Source: Caldiserica bacterium UBA4822 | GTDB taxonomy: Bacteria; Caldisericota; Caldisericia; Cryosericales; Cryosericaceae | NCBI GenBank assembly: GCA_002402295.1 | Contig: DHFO01000047.1 | Span: forward strand, 15,327 to 79,326 | Direction: 5' to 3' | DNA: 64,000 nt | In this document: piece by piece, positions 9,912 through 21,546 of the stretch | Numbering within the stretch: position 1 is the first letter of the stretch | Layout of the letters: every line of letters starts with the position of its first letter | Notes under the pieces: model-generated | What the model saw: the letters and a program-made list of their open reading frames with translations, nothing else | What the model was told of the DNA's origin: nothing | The model's database searches: none | Translations under genes and position numbers: made by a program

Positions 9912-10697
9912 ATGGCGAGCATCGTTGTTGAGGGCATCAGGTTGGCATATGTTGACCAAGGCTCTGGTGACCCGGTTGTTCTCCTGCATGGCTGGGGAGG
10001 ACAGGCCGCGAGCATGACGCCCTTGATCGCAGCCCTGCAGAAGAACTATCGAGTCGTTGCGTTCGATCTGCCGGGGTTTGGCGACAGCGACCGCCCTTCT
10101 GAGCCATGGGGCACGCCGGAGTATGCCGAGTTTGTGTGGAAGGCTGTCAACTGCCTTGGCGTCGTGTGCGCGACCTACGTCGGTCACTCCTTCGGAGGAC
10201 GTGTCGCCACTTGGCTTGCAGCTCACCATCCTGAGGCTGTACAGGCGCTGGTCTTGATAGACGCGGCTGGAATCAAGCCGCCGGTGACCCTGCGGAGAAG
10301 GGTTCGCAGTTCCTTTTACAAGGTTGCTAAGGCGCTGCTAAGGCTGCCGTTCTGGCGGTCGGGAACCGTGGGGCTGCAGGAGCGTCTGGCAGCGAGGTTT
10401 GGAAGTCCTGACTACCGTGCGGCCTCGGGTGTGATGAGAGATACGTTCGTCAAGACCGTAACACTCGATCTCACGTCATGCCTGCCTGCTATCCAGGCTC
10501 CGACGCTGCTGCTGTGGGGAGACAAGGATGAAGAAACGCCTCTCAGTGACGGAAAGACCATGGAACGCCTGATCCCTGAGTCGCGGCTCATCGTTGTCGC
10601 TGGGGCCGGCCATTTCAGTTATCTTGACAAACCTGCATTCGTGGGTGCCGTGGTGCGCGCGTTCCTCGATGGAACAAGAGGCCCCGGAACAACATGA
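9912..10697 (+). CDS. Alpha/beta hydrolase
   Basis: LLHGWG oxyanion loop, GHSFGG nucleophile, GDKD acid and GHF histidine. Confidence 0.9.
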   Translation: MASIVVEGIRLAYVDQGSGDPVVLLHGWGGQAASMTPLIAALQKNYRVVAFDLPGFGDSDRPSEPWGTPEYAEFVWKAVNCLGVVCATYVGHSFGGRVATWLAAHHPEAVQALVLIDAAGIKPPVTLRRRVRSSFYKVAKALLRLPFWRSGTVGLQERLAARFGSPDYRAASGVMRDTFVKTVTLDLTSCLPAIQAPTLLLWGDKDEETPLSDGKTMERLIPESRLIVVAGAGHFSYLDKPAFVGAVVRAFLDGTRGPGTT

Positions 10698-12310
10698 GAG
10701 TTGTTGCGGTGGTCCTGCTGGCGGTCGGTGGAGCAGGTACCTGTGCTTGCCTTGTTGTACGGACACTGTATCTCCTTCATATGCTGCAGTTGGAAGAATA
10801 CAGTGCCCGCGCTCTTGTGCGCTGGTCAACAGGCCATGCAAGACGACTCGTAGCAAACCTCGGGGTGGACCTTCTTGCGATTGCAGGTCTCATGGCACTG
10901 GTCTTTTGTCCGGACTCGTTCCGTTCGCTGTGGGTTGCTGGATGTGTCGCCGCCCTCCTAGGAATTGTGGGATTCGTCATGGAATGGAGGCTCACGAGAC
11001 GTACGCCTGCCAAGAAGCCGCTTGTGATGACGGGGCGAGCATGGCGTCTCCTTGTGAGCACAATGGTGGTGGATGGCGGTCTGGTTGTCGTCGGATGGTG
11101 CCACAGTGCGCCAACTGGATCTGCCGTGCTTGGGATACTTCCGCTGGCCGCCCCGGCAGTGCTTCTTGTTGGTCGAATGCTCGTGGAGCCGGTTGAGGCA
11201 TTGATACGCCGCTGGTTCATCCGGGATGCGCAAAGAATTCTTGAGCAGTATGATCCAATCGTCATAGGCGTGACGGGCAGTTATGGCAAGACCAGCACCA
11301 AGTACTTCATCGAGCAACTAGTGCAGTCGCACTATCGCGTGCTGAAAACGCCGGCTAGTTACAACACAGCAATGGGAATCACGAGGACCATCCGAGAACA
11401 GCTGCGCCCAGAGCATGAGGTGTTCGTGGTAGAGCTTGCGGAAAACGAACCTGGTGGATTCGCTCATCTGCTCGAGATTGTGCCATGTGACATCTCCGTC
11501 GTGACGTCTGTCGGCATCCAGCACTTCGAGGAGTTCGGGTCAACGGATGCCATCGAGAGGACGATGAAGGACTTTGTCACGATGCCTCAGAGCGGAAAGA
11601 CGGTGGTTCTGAACGGAAACGACGCGCTGCTTGCGCGAGTATGTTCTGTGCAGGGCAAGACACTCATTCGAGTCTGCACCGACGCCAGTGACACTACCAG
11701 CCAACTCTGCGCGGACAAGGTCGTGGTAAGGCCGGAGGGTCTGGCGTTTGAGGTAAGAGACACCGCTGAACAGGAAGATTATCAGTTCACTACAGGCGTT
11801 CTAGGCCGCTACAACGTCGTCAATGTGCTCCTGGCTCTCGCCGTCGCGCGGCGACTGGACGTCCCTTGGAAGGATCTGCAGGCAGGCGTATCCCTGCTCC
11901 AGTCTCCTCCCCATCGATTAGAGGTCCTCGCAACTTCGCCGGGGGTGCGCGTCATCGATGATGCTTTCAACGCCAACCCCGTTGGCTTTGCAATGGCTAT
12001 GGAGGTCCTGGCGTCATTCCCGCCTCGCCGTATCCTCGTTACTCCCGGCCTTGTGTCGTTGGGGAAGCTAGAAGAGGAAGCAAATCGAGACGCGGGCATG
12101 CAGGCTGGCAGAGTGGCGGATCTTGTTGTTCTTGTGGGGGTCAGGCACACGCAGCCGCTGCGGGACGGTCTGATTGCGGCAGGTTTTCCCGAGGAAGCGA
12201 TTGTGAGCGTGCACTCGCTGGACGAGGTGACACGCCTCATTGGAGAGATTGTACGCCCGGGCGATACGGTTCTCTTCGAGAATGACCTTCCCGAGACCTA
12301 CAACGAGTAA
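10694..12310 (+). CDS. murF: MurF-type ligase with N-terminal transmembrane region
   Basis: GVTGSYGKTSTK P-loop, SYNT and IDDAFNANP motifs, LFENDLP end; about 170 hydrophobic N-terminal residues. Confidence 0.8.
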   Translation: MRVVAVVLLAVGGAGTCACLVVRTLYLLHMLQLEEYSARALVRWSTGHARRLVANLGVDLLAIAGLMALVFCPDSFRSLWVAGCVAALLGIVGFVMEWRLTRRTPAKKPLVMTGRAWRLLVSTMVVDGGLVVVGWCHSAPTGSAVLGILPLAAPAVLLVGRMLVEPVEALIRRWFIRDAQRILEQYDPIVIGVTGSYGKTSTKYFIEQLVQSHYRVLKTPASYNTAMGITRTIREQLRPEHEVFVVELAENEPGGFAHLLEIVPCDISVVTSVGIQHFEEFGSTDAIERTMKDFVTMPQSGKTVVLNGNDALLARVCSVQGKTLIRVCTDASDTTSQLCADKVVVRPEGLAFEVRDTAEQEDYQFTTGVLGRYNVVNVLLALAVARRLDVPWKDLQAGVSLLQSPPHRLEVLATSPGVRVIDDAFNANPVGFAMAMEVLASFPPRRILVTPGLVSLGKLEEEANRDAGMQAGRVADLVVLVGVRHTQPLRDGLIAAGFPEEAIVSVHSLDEVTRLIGEIVRPGDTVLFENDLPETYNE

Positions 12311-12414
12311 CGGGCGGTCATGGGTGCAGCAAGGCACGAGCCTGACTTGACGGGGCCTTGCACAGGATGAGAATGGTAGCGTTTGCAGGCAATGCTGCAG
12401 AAGTGGGGTGAAGG

Positions 12415-12966
12415 ATGGGGGTGAAGTCCGACAGGTGGATTGAAGAACAGGCCCACCAGGGAATGATCGAACCGTTTGCCAACGCATGCCCGAAGGGTGT
12501 CGTTTCGTATGGCCTGTCGTCGTATGGCTACGACATGCGGGTCGCCGACGAGTTTAAGGTTTTCACGAATGTGTTCAGCACTGTTGTTGACCCCAAGGGG
12601 TTTCCGGAAGAAAGCTTCGTCGACCTCAAGGGGGCTTCGTGTATCATTCCGCCAAATTCCTTTGCGTTGGCTAGGAGTTTTGAGTATTTCAGGATTCCGC
12701 GCGACATACTGTGCCTTGTCATCGGCAAGAGTACCTACGCTCGCGCAGGGATCATTGTGAACGTCACACCACTCGAGCCCGAGTGGGAGGGATTCGTCAC
12801 TATTGAAATCAGCAATACCACGCCGCTGCCAGTCAAGGTGTATGCAAACGAGGGCATCGCTCAAGTCGTTTTTGTGGGCTCCGACGACCTTTGCAGGGTG
12901 TCGTACCGCGACAAGAAGGGAAAGTACCAGAATCAGACGGGCATCTGGCTGCCAAAGGTAGAGTAG
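12415..12966 (+). CDS. dcd: dCTP deaminase
   Basis: [28 protein letters not shown] and KYQNQ motifs. Confidence 0.95.
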   Translation: MGVKSDRWIEEQAHQGMIEPFANACPKGVVSYGLSSYGYDMRVADEFKVFTNVFSTVVDPKGFPEESFVDLKGASCIIPPNSFALARSFEYFRIPRDILCLVIGKSTYARAGIIVNVTPLEPEWEGFVTIEISNTTPLPVKVYANEGIAQVVFVGSDDLCRVSYRDKKGKYQNQTGIWLPKVE

Positions 12967-12968
12967 CC

Positions 12969-13979
12969 ATGAAAGAAATCGCACGAAGGCTTGGCATTTC
13001 GACGAGTACGGTGTCGCGGGCGTTCTCGAAGCCAGAAATGGTTCGGCCTGAGCTGCGCGAGCGAATACTGGCGATGGCGAAGGAGCTCGACTACAAGCCA
13101 AATCCGATTGCTCGTGCGATGGTGAAAGGCCAGTCTGACTTCGTTGGCCTCGTGGTACCGGACATCACAAACCCGTTCTTTCCCTCGATTGTGAGAGGAG
13201 CTGAAGATGAGGCACGGAGGGCAGGCCTGAGTCTGATCATGTGCAACAGTGACGGCCGACTCGCCAAGGAGAAGCAGTACCTGAGGTCACTTCGAGATCT
13301 GAATGTGGTTGGAGTCATTGTGGCAAGTGCGTCACGAAGCGATACATACGTTACAGACCTTGCCAACAACCTTCCGGTTGTGGTGATGGACCGGACCCTG
13401 GCCGGTTCGCGGTTTGTACAGGTTACGGCTGACAACTGCGGGGGCAGCAGAGCTGTCGTTGACTACCTGGCTGAACTTGGCCACCGGCGTCTCATGTACT
13501 TGTCGGGGCCCGCAGGAATCTCCACGGCTGGTGATCGCCTGAAGGGCTTCACGGAACAGTGCCGGGCTCATGGGATGGATTTTACGGTAGTGCGCGCTGG
13601 GTTTAAGATTGATGATGGGTATGCCGCGATGAAAGAAGCTGAACCGTTGATGGATGGAGCAACAGGCGTCGTCTGTGCCAACGACCTGTGCGCGTTCGGG
13701 GCAATGTCCCGCCTGCAGGAGAGGGGTGTGTCCGTGCCGGAGGGGGTTTCGGTCACCGGCTTCGATGACATTGCCTTCTCAAGGTTTCTTTCTCCTCCTC
13801 TCACGACAATCCGACAACCAACGTATGCAATGGGCAGACAGGCTGTCAAAGCAATTGTTCACATGCGGGCATTCCACACGCTCCCCGTGCCAACGATGTT
13901 CGCCACTGAGCTGGTCGTGAGAGCTTCCACCGGGCCACAACGATCCGCCATCGGTGAGATCTGGAAGCAGGCCATCTGA
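12969..13979 (+). CDS. LacI-family transcriptional regulator
   Basis: EIARRLGISTSTVSRA HTH, YKPNPIAR hinge, VTGFDD and PPLTTI motifs. Confidence 0.92.
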   Translation: MKEIARRLGISTSTVSRAFSKPEMVRPELRERILAMAKELDYKPNPIARAMVKGQSDFVGLVVPDITNPFFPSIVRGAEDEARRAGLSLIMCNSDGRLAKEKQYLRSLRDLNVVGVIVASASRSDTYVTDLANNLPVVVMDRTLAGSRFVQVTADNCGGSRAVVDYLAELGHRRLMYLSGPAGISTAGDRLKGFTEQCRAHGMDFTVVRAGFKIDDGYAAMKEAEPLMDGATGVVCANDLCAFGAMSRLQERGVSVPEGVSVTGFDDIAFSRFLSPPLTTIRQPTYAMGRQAVKAIVHMRAFHTLPVPTMFATELVVRASTGPQRSAIGEIWKQAI

Positions 13980-13980
13980 C

Positions 13981-14946
13981 ATGGTCATTTCCTTCGGCAG
14001 TATCAATATGGATCTTGTCGTCTTGTGCGATCGGCTGCCGGTGGAAGGGGAAACACTTGTTGCAACGGGGTGGCTGGTCAACCCAGGGGGTAAGGGGGCG
14101 AACCAGGCGGTCCAGTCTGCACGCATGGGTGCGGAGACGGTGATGGTCGGGCGAGTCGGAGAGGACTCATTTGGACAACAGGCCATTGCTGGACTCGGGC
14201 GGTATGGTGTAGAGGTTCGAAGTGTGGCCGTGGACCCGGCCGCGCCCACCGGTGTTGCGTGCATTCTGGTTGAGCCGGGGGGTGAGAATCGCATCGTGGT
14301 CGTGCCGGGAGCCAATGGAGACGTGGGGCTGTCAGAGGTGGAGACCCTCCAGAGGCTGGTGACCACTGATGCCGTCGTCATGTTGCAGTGCGAGGTTCCC
14401 TTTTCTGCAGTGAGAGAAGCAGCCCGGATTGCTCATGCCAAGGGTGCAACCGTCCTTCTTGACCCGTCCCCATGGCAGCGTGTAGTGCTCGAGCCTCACG
14501 TGTTTGAGGATATTGACTATCTGACGCCGAACGAACATGAGGCGCAGGGTCTGAGTGGAACCAGCGACCTTCAGGATGCGGCCAGGCGACTCGGAGATAT
14601 GGGAGCGCGGACGGTGATCATAAAGCGCGGAGTGGAAGGTGTCCTGCTTTTTCGTGGGGGCGTGTGCAAGGAGGTAGCAGCGTTTGCGGTAACTGCGATT
14701 GACACGACCGCGGCAGGCGATTCGTTTCAGGGAGCCCTTGCTGCGTCTCTGAACCGAGGGTTGAGCGAGGACGAGGCAGTCATGCGCGCCGTGGCCGCGG
14801 GAGCCTTGACGGTAACACGTCGCGGAGCTCAGCAATCCATGCCGGATGAAGCAGAGGTTACCCGGTTCCTGCGAGCGCGGTCGGGTAATGTGGTATTGGG
14901 TTTGGAAACAAGAATCATGGATCAGAAAGGAGAGGAAGAAACGTGA
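13981..14946 (+). CDS. rbsK: Ribokinase (PfkB family)
   Basis: GSINMD, GGKGANQA, TPNEHE and DTTAAGDSF motifs. Confidence 0.88.
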   Translation: MVISFGSINMDLVVLCDRLPVEGETLVATGWLVNPGGKGANQAVQSARMGAETVMVGRVGEDSFGQQAIAGLGRYGVEVRSVAVDPAAPTGVACILVEPGGENRIVVVPGANGDVGLSEVETLQRLVTTDAVVMLQCEVPFSAVREAARIAHAKGATVLLDPSPWQRVVLEPHVFEDIDYLTPNEHEAQGLSGTSDLQDAARRLGDMGARTVIIKRGVEGVLLFRGGVCKEVAAFAVTAIDTTAAGDSFQGALAASLNRGLSEDEAVMRAVAAGALTVTRRGAQQSMPDEAEVTRFLRARSGNVVLGLETRIMDQKGEEET

Positions 14947-15962
14947 AGAGAATCTTGCGAACGATGCTTGTAGTGATGCTGGTTGTTGTTTCGGTTGGTG
15001 GCTGCAAACCCACGGCGTCGGGACCTCAGACAGACAAGGTCGTTTATCTCATCAACGGGGCCCTTGGAGACAATGCGTTCTATGACTCCGGTCAGAAGGG
15101 GATAGATACCCTCAAGAGTCAGTACGGTGTGGAGACACGAACCATTGAATGCAACTTCGATGCAGGCAAGTACGAACCGGGACTGGAAGCTGCAACCCAG
15201 TACAGTGACGTGGTTTTCGTCATCTCGTACGCATTTGAGGACAATCTCAAGGCCATGGCGGACAAGTATCCTGACAAGATCTTTGTCAATATCGATACAA
15301 TCGTGCAGAACAGCAAGAACACCATCACTTCGGTCAAGTACATTGAAGAGGAGAGCGCGTTCCTCGCAGGTGTGTGCGCAGGCCTTACGACTACCGACAC
15401 CAGTATCAAGAATATCAATCCGGACAAGATCGTTGGTGTTGTCGCCGCTGCGGATGATCCCGTAGTCATGGCATTCGTCCGCGCCTATGAAGATGGTGTC
15501 CACCACGTGGACAAGGACATCAAGGTGGAACGCGTCGTGCTTGCGGGCGTCTGGGATGACCCGGCCAAAGGGAAACAGGCGGCCTTGAGCCTGTACGACA
15601 AGAAGTGCGACGTCGTCTTCCAGGTGGCTGCAGCGACAGGACTTGGTGTATTGCAGGCAGCCAAGGAACGAGACCTGTATGCTATTGGTGTAGACACGAA
15701 TCAGAATGATATCGAGCCTGGCCACGTGATTGCCTCGGATATCAAGGACGTGGGCAAGACGATCGAAGAAGTGTACAAGACCATCAAGGACGGAACCTAT
15801 CAGCCAGGGCAGGTTATCCGGTATGGTCTCAAAACGGGGACGGTGGACCTGGTGACAGACGCACAGGTGCAGGTCCTGCCTCAGACTATTCTCGACCGTA
15901 TCAGCGAGGTCCGCAAGGAGATTATTGACGGCACACTCGAGGTCCCCAAGTATCAGCAGTGA
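14943..15962 (+). CDS. BMP-family nucleoside ABC transporter substrate-binding lipoprotein
   Basis: Lipobox (VGGC), [14 protein letters not shown] and AIGVD motifs. Confidence 0.9.
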   Translation: MKRILRTMLVVMLVVVSVGGCKPTASGPQTDKVVYLINGALGDNAFYDSGQKGIDTLKSQYGVETRTIECNFDAGKYEPGLEAATQYSDVVFVISYAFEDNLKAMADKYPDKIFVNIDTIVQNSKNTITSVKYIEEESAFLAGVCAGLTTTDTSIKNINPDKIVGVVAAADDPVVMAFVRAYEDGVHHVDKDIKVERVVLAGVWDDPAKGKQAALSLYDKKCDVVFQVAAATGLGVLQAAKERDLYAIGVDTNQNDIEPGHVIASDIKDVGKTIEEVYKTIKDGTYQPGQVIRYGLKTGTVDLVTDAQVQVLPQTILDRISEVRKEIIDGTLEVPKYQQ

Positions 15963-17515
15963 GCATGATGAACAGTGTCCTGATCGATCTGCAACATATT
16001 TCGAAGGTCTTTCCACCGGCAACCGTGGCGCTCTCAGATGTCTCCGTATCGTTCCGGTCCGGTGAGATTCACGCTCTGGTGGGCGAAAACGGTGCCGGAA
16101 AGACCACTCTCATGAAGGTTCTCTACGGTCTGGAGCGTCGCGACCGCGGGGACATTCTCTTGAGGGGTACTCACGTTGACTTCAGGAATCCTCGTGAGGC
16201 CATTGCTGCAGGTATCGGGATGGTGCACCAGGAGATTCTTCTGATTCCTGAGTACACAATCTGGCAGAATGTCGTCCTGGGTGCCGAGCCGGTGCATGCG
16301 CTCGGCGCCCTCGATATTCGAACGGCAAGGGAACGGGTGGCGCGAAAGATCGACGAGTTTCAGTTCAACCTTGACCCTGACGCTCCCGTCGGCAGCATTT
16401 CTGTGGCTGCCCGCCAGAAGGTAGAGATCCTGAAGCTGCTGTACCGCGACGTTTCTGTTCTGATTCTCGATGAACCGACGGCCGTCCTGGCACCTCAGGA
16501 GGTCGGCCAGTTGTTCTTGGAATTGCAACACCTGCGAGACAAGGGTCACACGATCATCTTTATCTCGCATCGGCTGGATGAGGTTCTTGGTTTGAGTGAT
16601 CAGGTAACTGTGATGCGCAGAGGAAAAGCAGTTGCTACGTCCCCGGCATCCCGTCTGACCAAGGAGGAGCTGGCTCGTCAGATGGTCGGCAGGTCAGTCG
16701 TCTTTGCTGCGGAACGTTCACCGGCAGAACCCGGCGAGCCGGTCCTCGTTGCGCAGGGACTTACTGTCAGAACCACCGACGGGCGCGACGCGCTAGACCA
16801 AGTCAGTCTCCAGGTGCGGTCGGGAGAAATACTTGGTGTGGCCGGCGTCGAAGGAAACGGTCAGTTTGAGCTCGTGAATGCTATCATGGGCCTCTCTACC
16901 ATCGCCGCGGGCAGTTTGTTCGTGCAGGGGATAGACCTTAGCCATGCGGACATTCTCACGCGGCGGAGGTTCATCTCGTTTGTCCCGCAGGATCGGGGGA
17001 GGATGGGGGCAAGCCTGCCTGCGTCGATTCTTGAGAATGCAATTATGACACATCACATCCTGGACCGCAGCTTTCGGCGTTGGAGAGGACTTGCGTTGAA
17101 CTATCGGCGCGCAATCGCACTGACAAGGCAGATACAGCATCAGTTCGATGTCAGTATGGAGAACGCTGCGGCGCCATTTCAATCTCTATCCGGAGGGAAT
17201 CAGCAGAAAGTGATCCTCGGGCGGGAGCTCCTTCTGGAGGCTCCCCTTGTACTCATGGACCAACCTACGCGCGGCCTGGACGTCGGCTCCACAGAGTACG
17301 TTCACGGGCTTCTTCTTGATCTGAGGAACCGAAAGAAGGCAGTACTTCTGGTTTCTGCAGACCTGGACGAGGTGTTCACTGTGGCCGACCGTATCATCGT
17401 GATGTCACGAGGACAACTCGTCGCGGACCTGCGTACGGAGGAGACGACTCGCGAGGAGGTTGGTTACTATATGCTGGGAGGAAAGGACGCTGTCCATGCG
17501 CAAGCAGACATTTAG
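15959..17515 (+). CDS. Nucleoside/sugar ABC transporter ATP-binding protein (two ABC domains)
   Basis: [22 protein letters not shown] and QPTRGLD motifs. Confidence 0.95.
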   Translation: MSMMNSVLIDLQHISKVFPPATVALSDVSVSFRSGEIHALVGENGAGKTTLMKVLYGLERRDRGDILLRGTHVDFRNPREAIAAGIGMVHQEILLIPEYTIWQNVVLGAEPVHALGALDIRTARERVARKIDEFQFNLDPDAPVGSISVAARQKVEILKLLYRDVSVLILDEPTAVLAPQEVGQLFLELQHLRDKGHTIIFISHRLDEVLGLSDQVTVMRRGKAVATSPASRLTKEELARQMVGRSVVFAAERSPAEPGEPVLVAQGLTVRTTDGRDALDQVSLQVRSGEILGVAGVEGNGQFELVNAIMGLSTIAAGSLFVQGIDLSHADILTRRRFISFVPQDRGRMGASLPASILENAIMTHHILDRSFRRWRGLALNYRRAIALTRQIQHQFDVSMENAAAPFQSLSGGNQQKVILGRELLLEAPLVLMDQPTRGLDVGSTEYVHGLLLDLRNRKKAVLLVSADLDEVFTVADRIIVMSRGQLVADLRTEETTREEVGYYMLGGKDAVHAQADI

Positions 17516-18533
17516 TGGTATTCTCGGGGTCCTGGCGGCTCTCGTGATCGGAGGCGTCGTTCTTGCGCTCCAGAAGTTTAATCCCTTCTCGACTTACGGG
17601 GCGCTGCTTCAATACTCGCTGCTCAGTGCCTCGGGACTCTCTGCGATGTTGTCGCGCGCGGTGCCTCTCGTTCTGACCGGTTTGTCGGCATCGATCGCAT
17701 TTGGCTCCGGGCTCAACAATCTTGGTCAGCCGGGTCAGCTTGTTATCGGTGCGCTGGGGGCTACGGTAGTAGGGTTGTTTGTTCCACTCCCGGCTGTTGC
17801 CCTGATTCCGGTGTGCATTGCAGCCGCAATGGTGGGCGGCATGCTCTGGTCCGGGCTGGCAGCCGGTCTCAGGAGAGCCTTTGCGATGGACGAATTCATC
17901 GTGACCCTGATGCTCAACTTCATCGCAGACTACTTCGCTCTGTGGGCTATCACCTACCCACTCTTTGACCCTGCCGCACTCAGCCCCATGACTCGCCCCA
18001 TCAGAACATATGCATGGTTGTCCGAGGTCGGAGGTATCAACGCCAGTGTCCTGTACATGGTGGTGGCAACTGTCCTGTGCTGGCTTCTTATGAGTAAGGG
18101 AGTAAGTGGCTATGAGTGGCGCATCATGGGGCAGAACCGGCTGTTTGCACGAATAGGCGGTTGCAGAGTCGACGCCCACTATGTACGCGTAATGCTGGTC
18201 ACAGGGGCACTGGCCGGGCTGGCGGGGGGACTTATGGTCATGGGCGGACCACACCGGTTTGTAAAAGGGTTGGGAGCCAACTACGCATGGGACGGTGTCA
18301 TGATTGCCGTGGTTGCCAACAACAGCATCCCAGGGACATTCTTCTATGGGCTGCTCTTCAGCATGCTTCAGCAGGGAGCGATTGGTATGGAGTTGGTTAC
18401 GGCGGTCCCGTCGGAGTTCATTGATGTCCTTCAGGCGATTATCGTACTGGTCGTTGTTGCCGGGAGGGTCAGCCTGAATCTCATGTTCGATCGCATCGCA
18501 ACGCGGAAGAAACTGAGGGAAAGCCTCCAATGA
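17496..18533 (+). CDS. ABC transporter permease (nucleoside type)
   Basis: Hydrophobic, EFIVTLMLN motif, operon position. Confidence 0.9.
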   Translation: MRKQTFSGILGVLAALVIGGVVLALQKFNPFSTYGALLQYSLLSASGLSAMLSRAVPLVLTGLSASIAFGSGLNNLGQPGQLVIGALGATVVGLFVPLPAVALIPVCIAAAMVGGMLWSGLAAGLRRAFAMDEFIVTLMLNFIADYFALWAITYPLFDPAALSPMTRPIRTYAWLSEVGGINASVLYMVVATVLCWLLMSKGVSGYEWRIMGQNRLFARIGGCRVDAHYVRVMLVTGALAGLAGGLMVMGGPHRFVKGLGANYAWDGVMIAVVANNSIPGTFFYGLLFSMLQQGAIGMELVTAVPSEFIDVLQAIIVLVVVAGRVSLNLMFDRIATRKKLRESLQ

Positions 18534-19417
18534 GTGTGTTCTATGGACTCTATAGTGCGATGCTCGTAGGAGCCACACCCATTCTCCTTGCGGCCATCGG
18601 TGGGGCGTTTACGTACTATGCTGGTATCTTCAATATCGCCATGGAAGGCATGATGCTGGTTGGCGCGTTCTGCGCCGTACTGGGTTCGTTTTTTCTGCAC
18701 AGCTGGATACTGGGCATTGTCTGCTCCATTGCAGGGGCGCTTGTAATGGCTGGCATTTTCGTTCTGTTTGCGGTGAGGCTCCACACGGACGAGTTTCTGA
18801 CCGGTATTGCGTTGAACCTGTTTGCTGTGGGGCTCACGACCTTCCTGCTGCGGGACATTTTTCACGTCAAGGGAGCCTTTACAGACCCCCGCATTGTTGC
18901 GATCCCTGCTGTTACTGTGCCGTTCCTCGGGCAGATACCTGTTGTGGGGCGCCTTGTGAGCGGGTACAATGCTATCATCTACGTTGCACTGGCAGTAACG
19001 GTCGTTGCAGCCTATGTCATATTCAGAACCAGCTTCGGACTTCGCTTGCGTGCAGCGGGCTACAATGCAGCGTGCCTCAACTCGAGTGGGGTTCAGACAC
19101 CTGCAATTCGCGTCTGGTCACTGATGCTCTGCGCCATCTGTTGCGGGCTCGCCGGCGCGTATCTGTCCCTCGGGTCGGTACGGCTTTTCGCGGAGAACAT
19201 GTCCGCTGGGCGTGGGTGGATTTCACTGGCTGCCGTCATTCTTGTCAGCGGCAACCCCTGGGGCGTAGGCATCATTTCATTGCTGTTTGGTTTCTTTGAC
19301 GGCCTTACAGTGTTCCTGCAGGGGAGTGCTATCCCTACGCAGTTCACGGCCATGATTCCCTATGTGGCCACGCTTGTTTCGCTATACTTCTACTCTGTTC
19401 GGAAAAGGAAAGCATGA
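18530..19417 (+). CDS. ABC transporter permease (nucleoside type)
   Basis: [16 protein letters not shown] and GRGWISLAA motifs. Confidence 0.9.
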   Translation: MSVFYGLYSAMLVGATPILLAAIGGAFTYYAGIFNIAMEGMMLVGAFCAVLGSFFLHSWILGIVCSIAGALVMAGIFVLFAVRLHTDEFLTGIALNLFAVGLTTFLLRDIFHVKGAFTDPRIVAIPAVTVPFLGQIPVVGRLVSGYNAIIYVALAVTVVAAYVIFRTSFGLRLRAAGYNAACLNSSGVQTPAIRVWSLMLCAICCGLAGAYLSLGSVRLFAENMSAGRGWISLAAVILVSGNPWGVGIISLLFGFFDGLTVFLQGSAIPTQFTAMIPYVATLVSLYFYSVRKRKA

Positions 19418-20799
19418 TGACCAGAAGAGCCTGGGAATTGGAACGTGACATGCGCGAATCTGCCATCCTGGTGGACCGGCGCGTCAACCCCAGCAGTTGG
19501 AGCCAACAGACTGGCGGTAACCTGGGGCAGGACGAGACGATGCGCATGCTCTGGCGCAGCCGAGTGCCGGGCTCTGGGGCTCCGGAATGCCTCTACCTGG
19601 AGGCGGCCCAGTCGATGGAGAGTCAAGGCTATGACGAGAGCGCCGCGGTTTCCTTGATTCCGCTCGCTCTGAAAGCCTTGGACGAACAGGATACGCCTCG
19701 CCTCAGAGTCTTGACAGGGCACTATCTGAGTGCCTTGTTCAGCGCCCCGCGTGACCGGGACTTCCCATACCTTACCTATGCTCGCCCAGAGAGCTGGGAG
19801 GATGTGAGCGGTCTGTTGCCAGATACCTCATGGCACACATCAGAACCTGCTCGTGCATCCGACGAGCAAACACTCTCCGGCTGGATTGGGCAATTGGCTG
19901 GTGGCGCGTTCGGAACAGCGATTGAAGGGTACACCGGAAGTCGTATTGCACAGGTCTACGGGGATGTTCGCTCCTACGTGACTGCTCCGGAGACCATGAA
20001 CGACGATGTAGTCTACGAGCTGGCGCTGCTGGATGCCTGTGATGCTCACGGGCGCGACGTGAGCTCTGTGGACATCGCGGACGAATGGCTGCGTCAGATA
20101 CCATTTGGCTGGTCTGCAGAGTGGGTTGCACTGCAGAATCTCAGAGCCGGCATCATGCCTCCAACATCGGGCACATACAGAAACCCCTTCTCAGACTGGA
20201 TAGGAGTTCAGATGCGTGCTATGGTCTGTGGAATGCTTGCTCCAGCACGTCCCATGGAAGCCGCAAGGTTGGCGTACCTTGATGGGATAGTTTCGCACTC
20301 GGCTGGTGGCGTCTATGGCGGCATGTACGCTGCGGCACTCACAGCCCTGGCTTATGTGCAAGACGATCCACGGCAGCTGGTGAAAGAAGCCCTGTCCTGT
20401 ATTCCTCAGGGAACCGAGTACAGCGCCGTTGTACGCGAGTGTCTGGAAGTCATGTCACATGAAACAAGCCCCGACGGGCCTCTTGCATGGTTGAGGAGTC
20501 GCTTCGAACAGTACAACTGGATTCATGCGTACCCGAATATCGTGGCTGACATGCTGGCACTGTGGTACGGCGAGGGGGACATGACCCAATCGTTCTCACT
20601 CCTCGCCCAGTGCGGATTGGATGTGGACTGCAATGCTGGGCTCGTCGGCAACGTTCTTGGCATCATGGGTGGCGTTCCGTCCAGCTGGGCAGAACCCATC
20701 GGAGACTGTTTGGAAACGTATGTTCCAGGGAAGGAACGGCTGTCAATTCGTACCCTTGCGAAGAGCACGTCAGCAGTTTCGAAAGTACTGCTGTCGTAA
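19414..20799 (+). CDS. ADP-ribosylglycohydrolase family protein with N-terminal extension
   Basis: [14 protein letters not shown] and DVDCNAG metal-binding motifs. Confidence 0.85.
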   Translation: MMTRRAWELERDMRESAILVDRRVNPSSWSQQTGGNLGQDETMRMLWRSRVPGSGAPECLYLEAAQSMESQGYDESAAVSLIPLALKALDEQDTPRLRVLTGHYLSALFSAPRDRDFPYLTYARPESWEDVSGLLPDTSWHTSEPARASDEQTLSGWIGQLAGGAFGTAIEGYTGSRIAQVYGDVRSYVTAPETMNDDVVYELALLDACDAHGRDVSSVDIADEWLRQIPFGWSAEWVALQNLRAGIMPPTSGTYRNPFSDWIGVQMRAMVCGMLAPARPMEAARLAYLDGIVSHSAGGVYGGMYAAALTALAYVQDDPRQLVKEALSCIPQGTEYSAVVRECLEVMSHETSPDGPLAWLRSRFEQYNWIHAYPNIVADMLALWYGEGDMTQSFSLLAQCGLDVDCNAGLVGNVLGIMGGVPSSWAEPIGDCLETYVPGKERLSIRTLAKSTSAVSKVLLS

Positions 20800-20817
20800 C
20801 ATCTGGAGGTAGAACCC

Positions 20818-21546
20818 ATGGCCCAGTTTCATCTGAAGTTCGAGGCGAAGGACCTTTCACCGTACGTCATGCTCGTAGGCAATCCCCAGCGGGCAGAGCA
20901 GGTGGCCAGACTGATGGAGGATGCACGACTGGTCAATGACTACAGGTACCTGCTCGTGTTTACCGGAACCCATGGAGGGCAGAGACTGTCTGTAGCGACG
21001 ACGGGCATGGGGGCGCCATCCACGGCCATTGTCGTGGAAGAATTGTGCAATCTTGGTGCGCGGGCCCTACTCAGGGTAGGCTCGGCGGGCGGAGTTGATC
21101 CGAACGTGGACGCAGGCGACCTTGTCGTCGCGACTGGCAGTATCCGCGACGACGGAACGACGCCGCAGTACCTCCCCTTGTCATTCCCGGCAGTCCCTGA
21201 CGCTGAACTGTTTCACCTCACCATGGAGACGGCACGGGAGATGGCTCCGGCTGCTAAACACGGTGTAGTAATCAGTGGGGATGCCTTCTACCGGAATTAT
21301 GACCCTGGGAAGATGTCGCTCATGATACAGTCCGGGGTGAAGGCTATCGAAATGGAGAGTGGCTGTGTATTCATCGTGGGCCAGTTCCGCGGTGTAAGAA
21401 CATCTGCGCTGTTTGCTGTCGACGGAAGCGTTACCAAGAACGCGATCAAGCCCGAAGGGGCCGAAGGACTCTTTAAGCACGCCGAGGAACAGAGCATTCA
21501 GATTGGGCTGGCTACGCTGACCAAAGCCTCGGCAATGGGTCTGTAG
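20818..21546 (+). CDS. Nucleoside phosphorylase (PNP/UDP family 1)
   Basis: GMGAPS, EEL, RVGSAG, DAFY and IEME motifs. Confidence 0.9.
   Translation: MAQFHLKFEAKDLSPYVMLVGNPQRAEQVARLMEDARLVNDYRYLLVFTGTHGGQRLSVATTGMGAPSTAIVVEELCNLGARALLRVGSAGGVDPNVDAGDLVVATGSIRDDGTTPQYLPLSFPAVPDAELFHLTMETAREMAPAAKHGVVISGDAFYRNYDPGKMSLMIQSGVKAIEMESGCVFIVGQFRGVRTSALFAVDGSVTKNAIKPEGAEGLFKHAEEQSIQIGLATLTKASAMGL

Noticed and set aside
8701-10697. van-type glycopeptide resistance cluster
   Set aside because: Ddl keeps the D-Ala-D-Ala-type Tyr, and there are no vanH, vanX or vanRS genes
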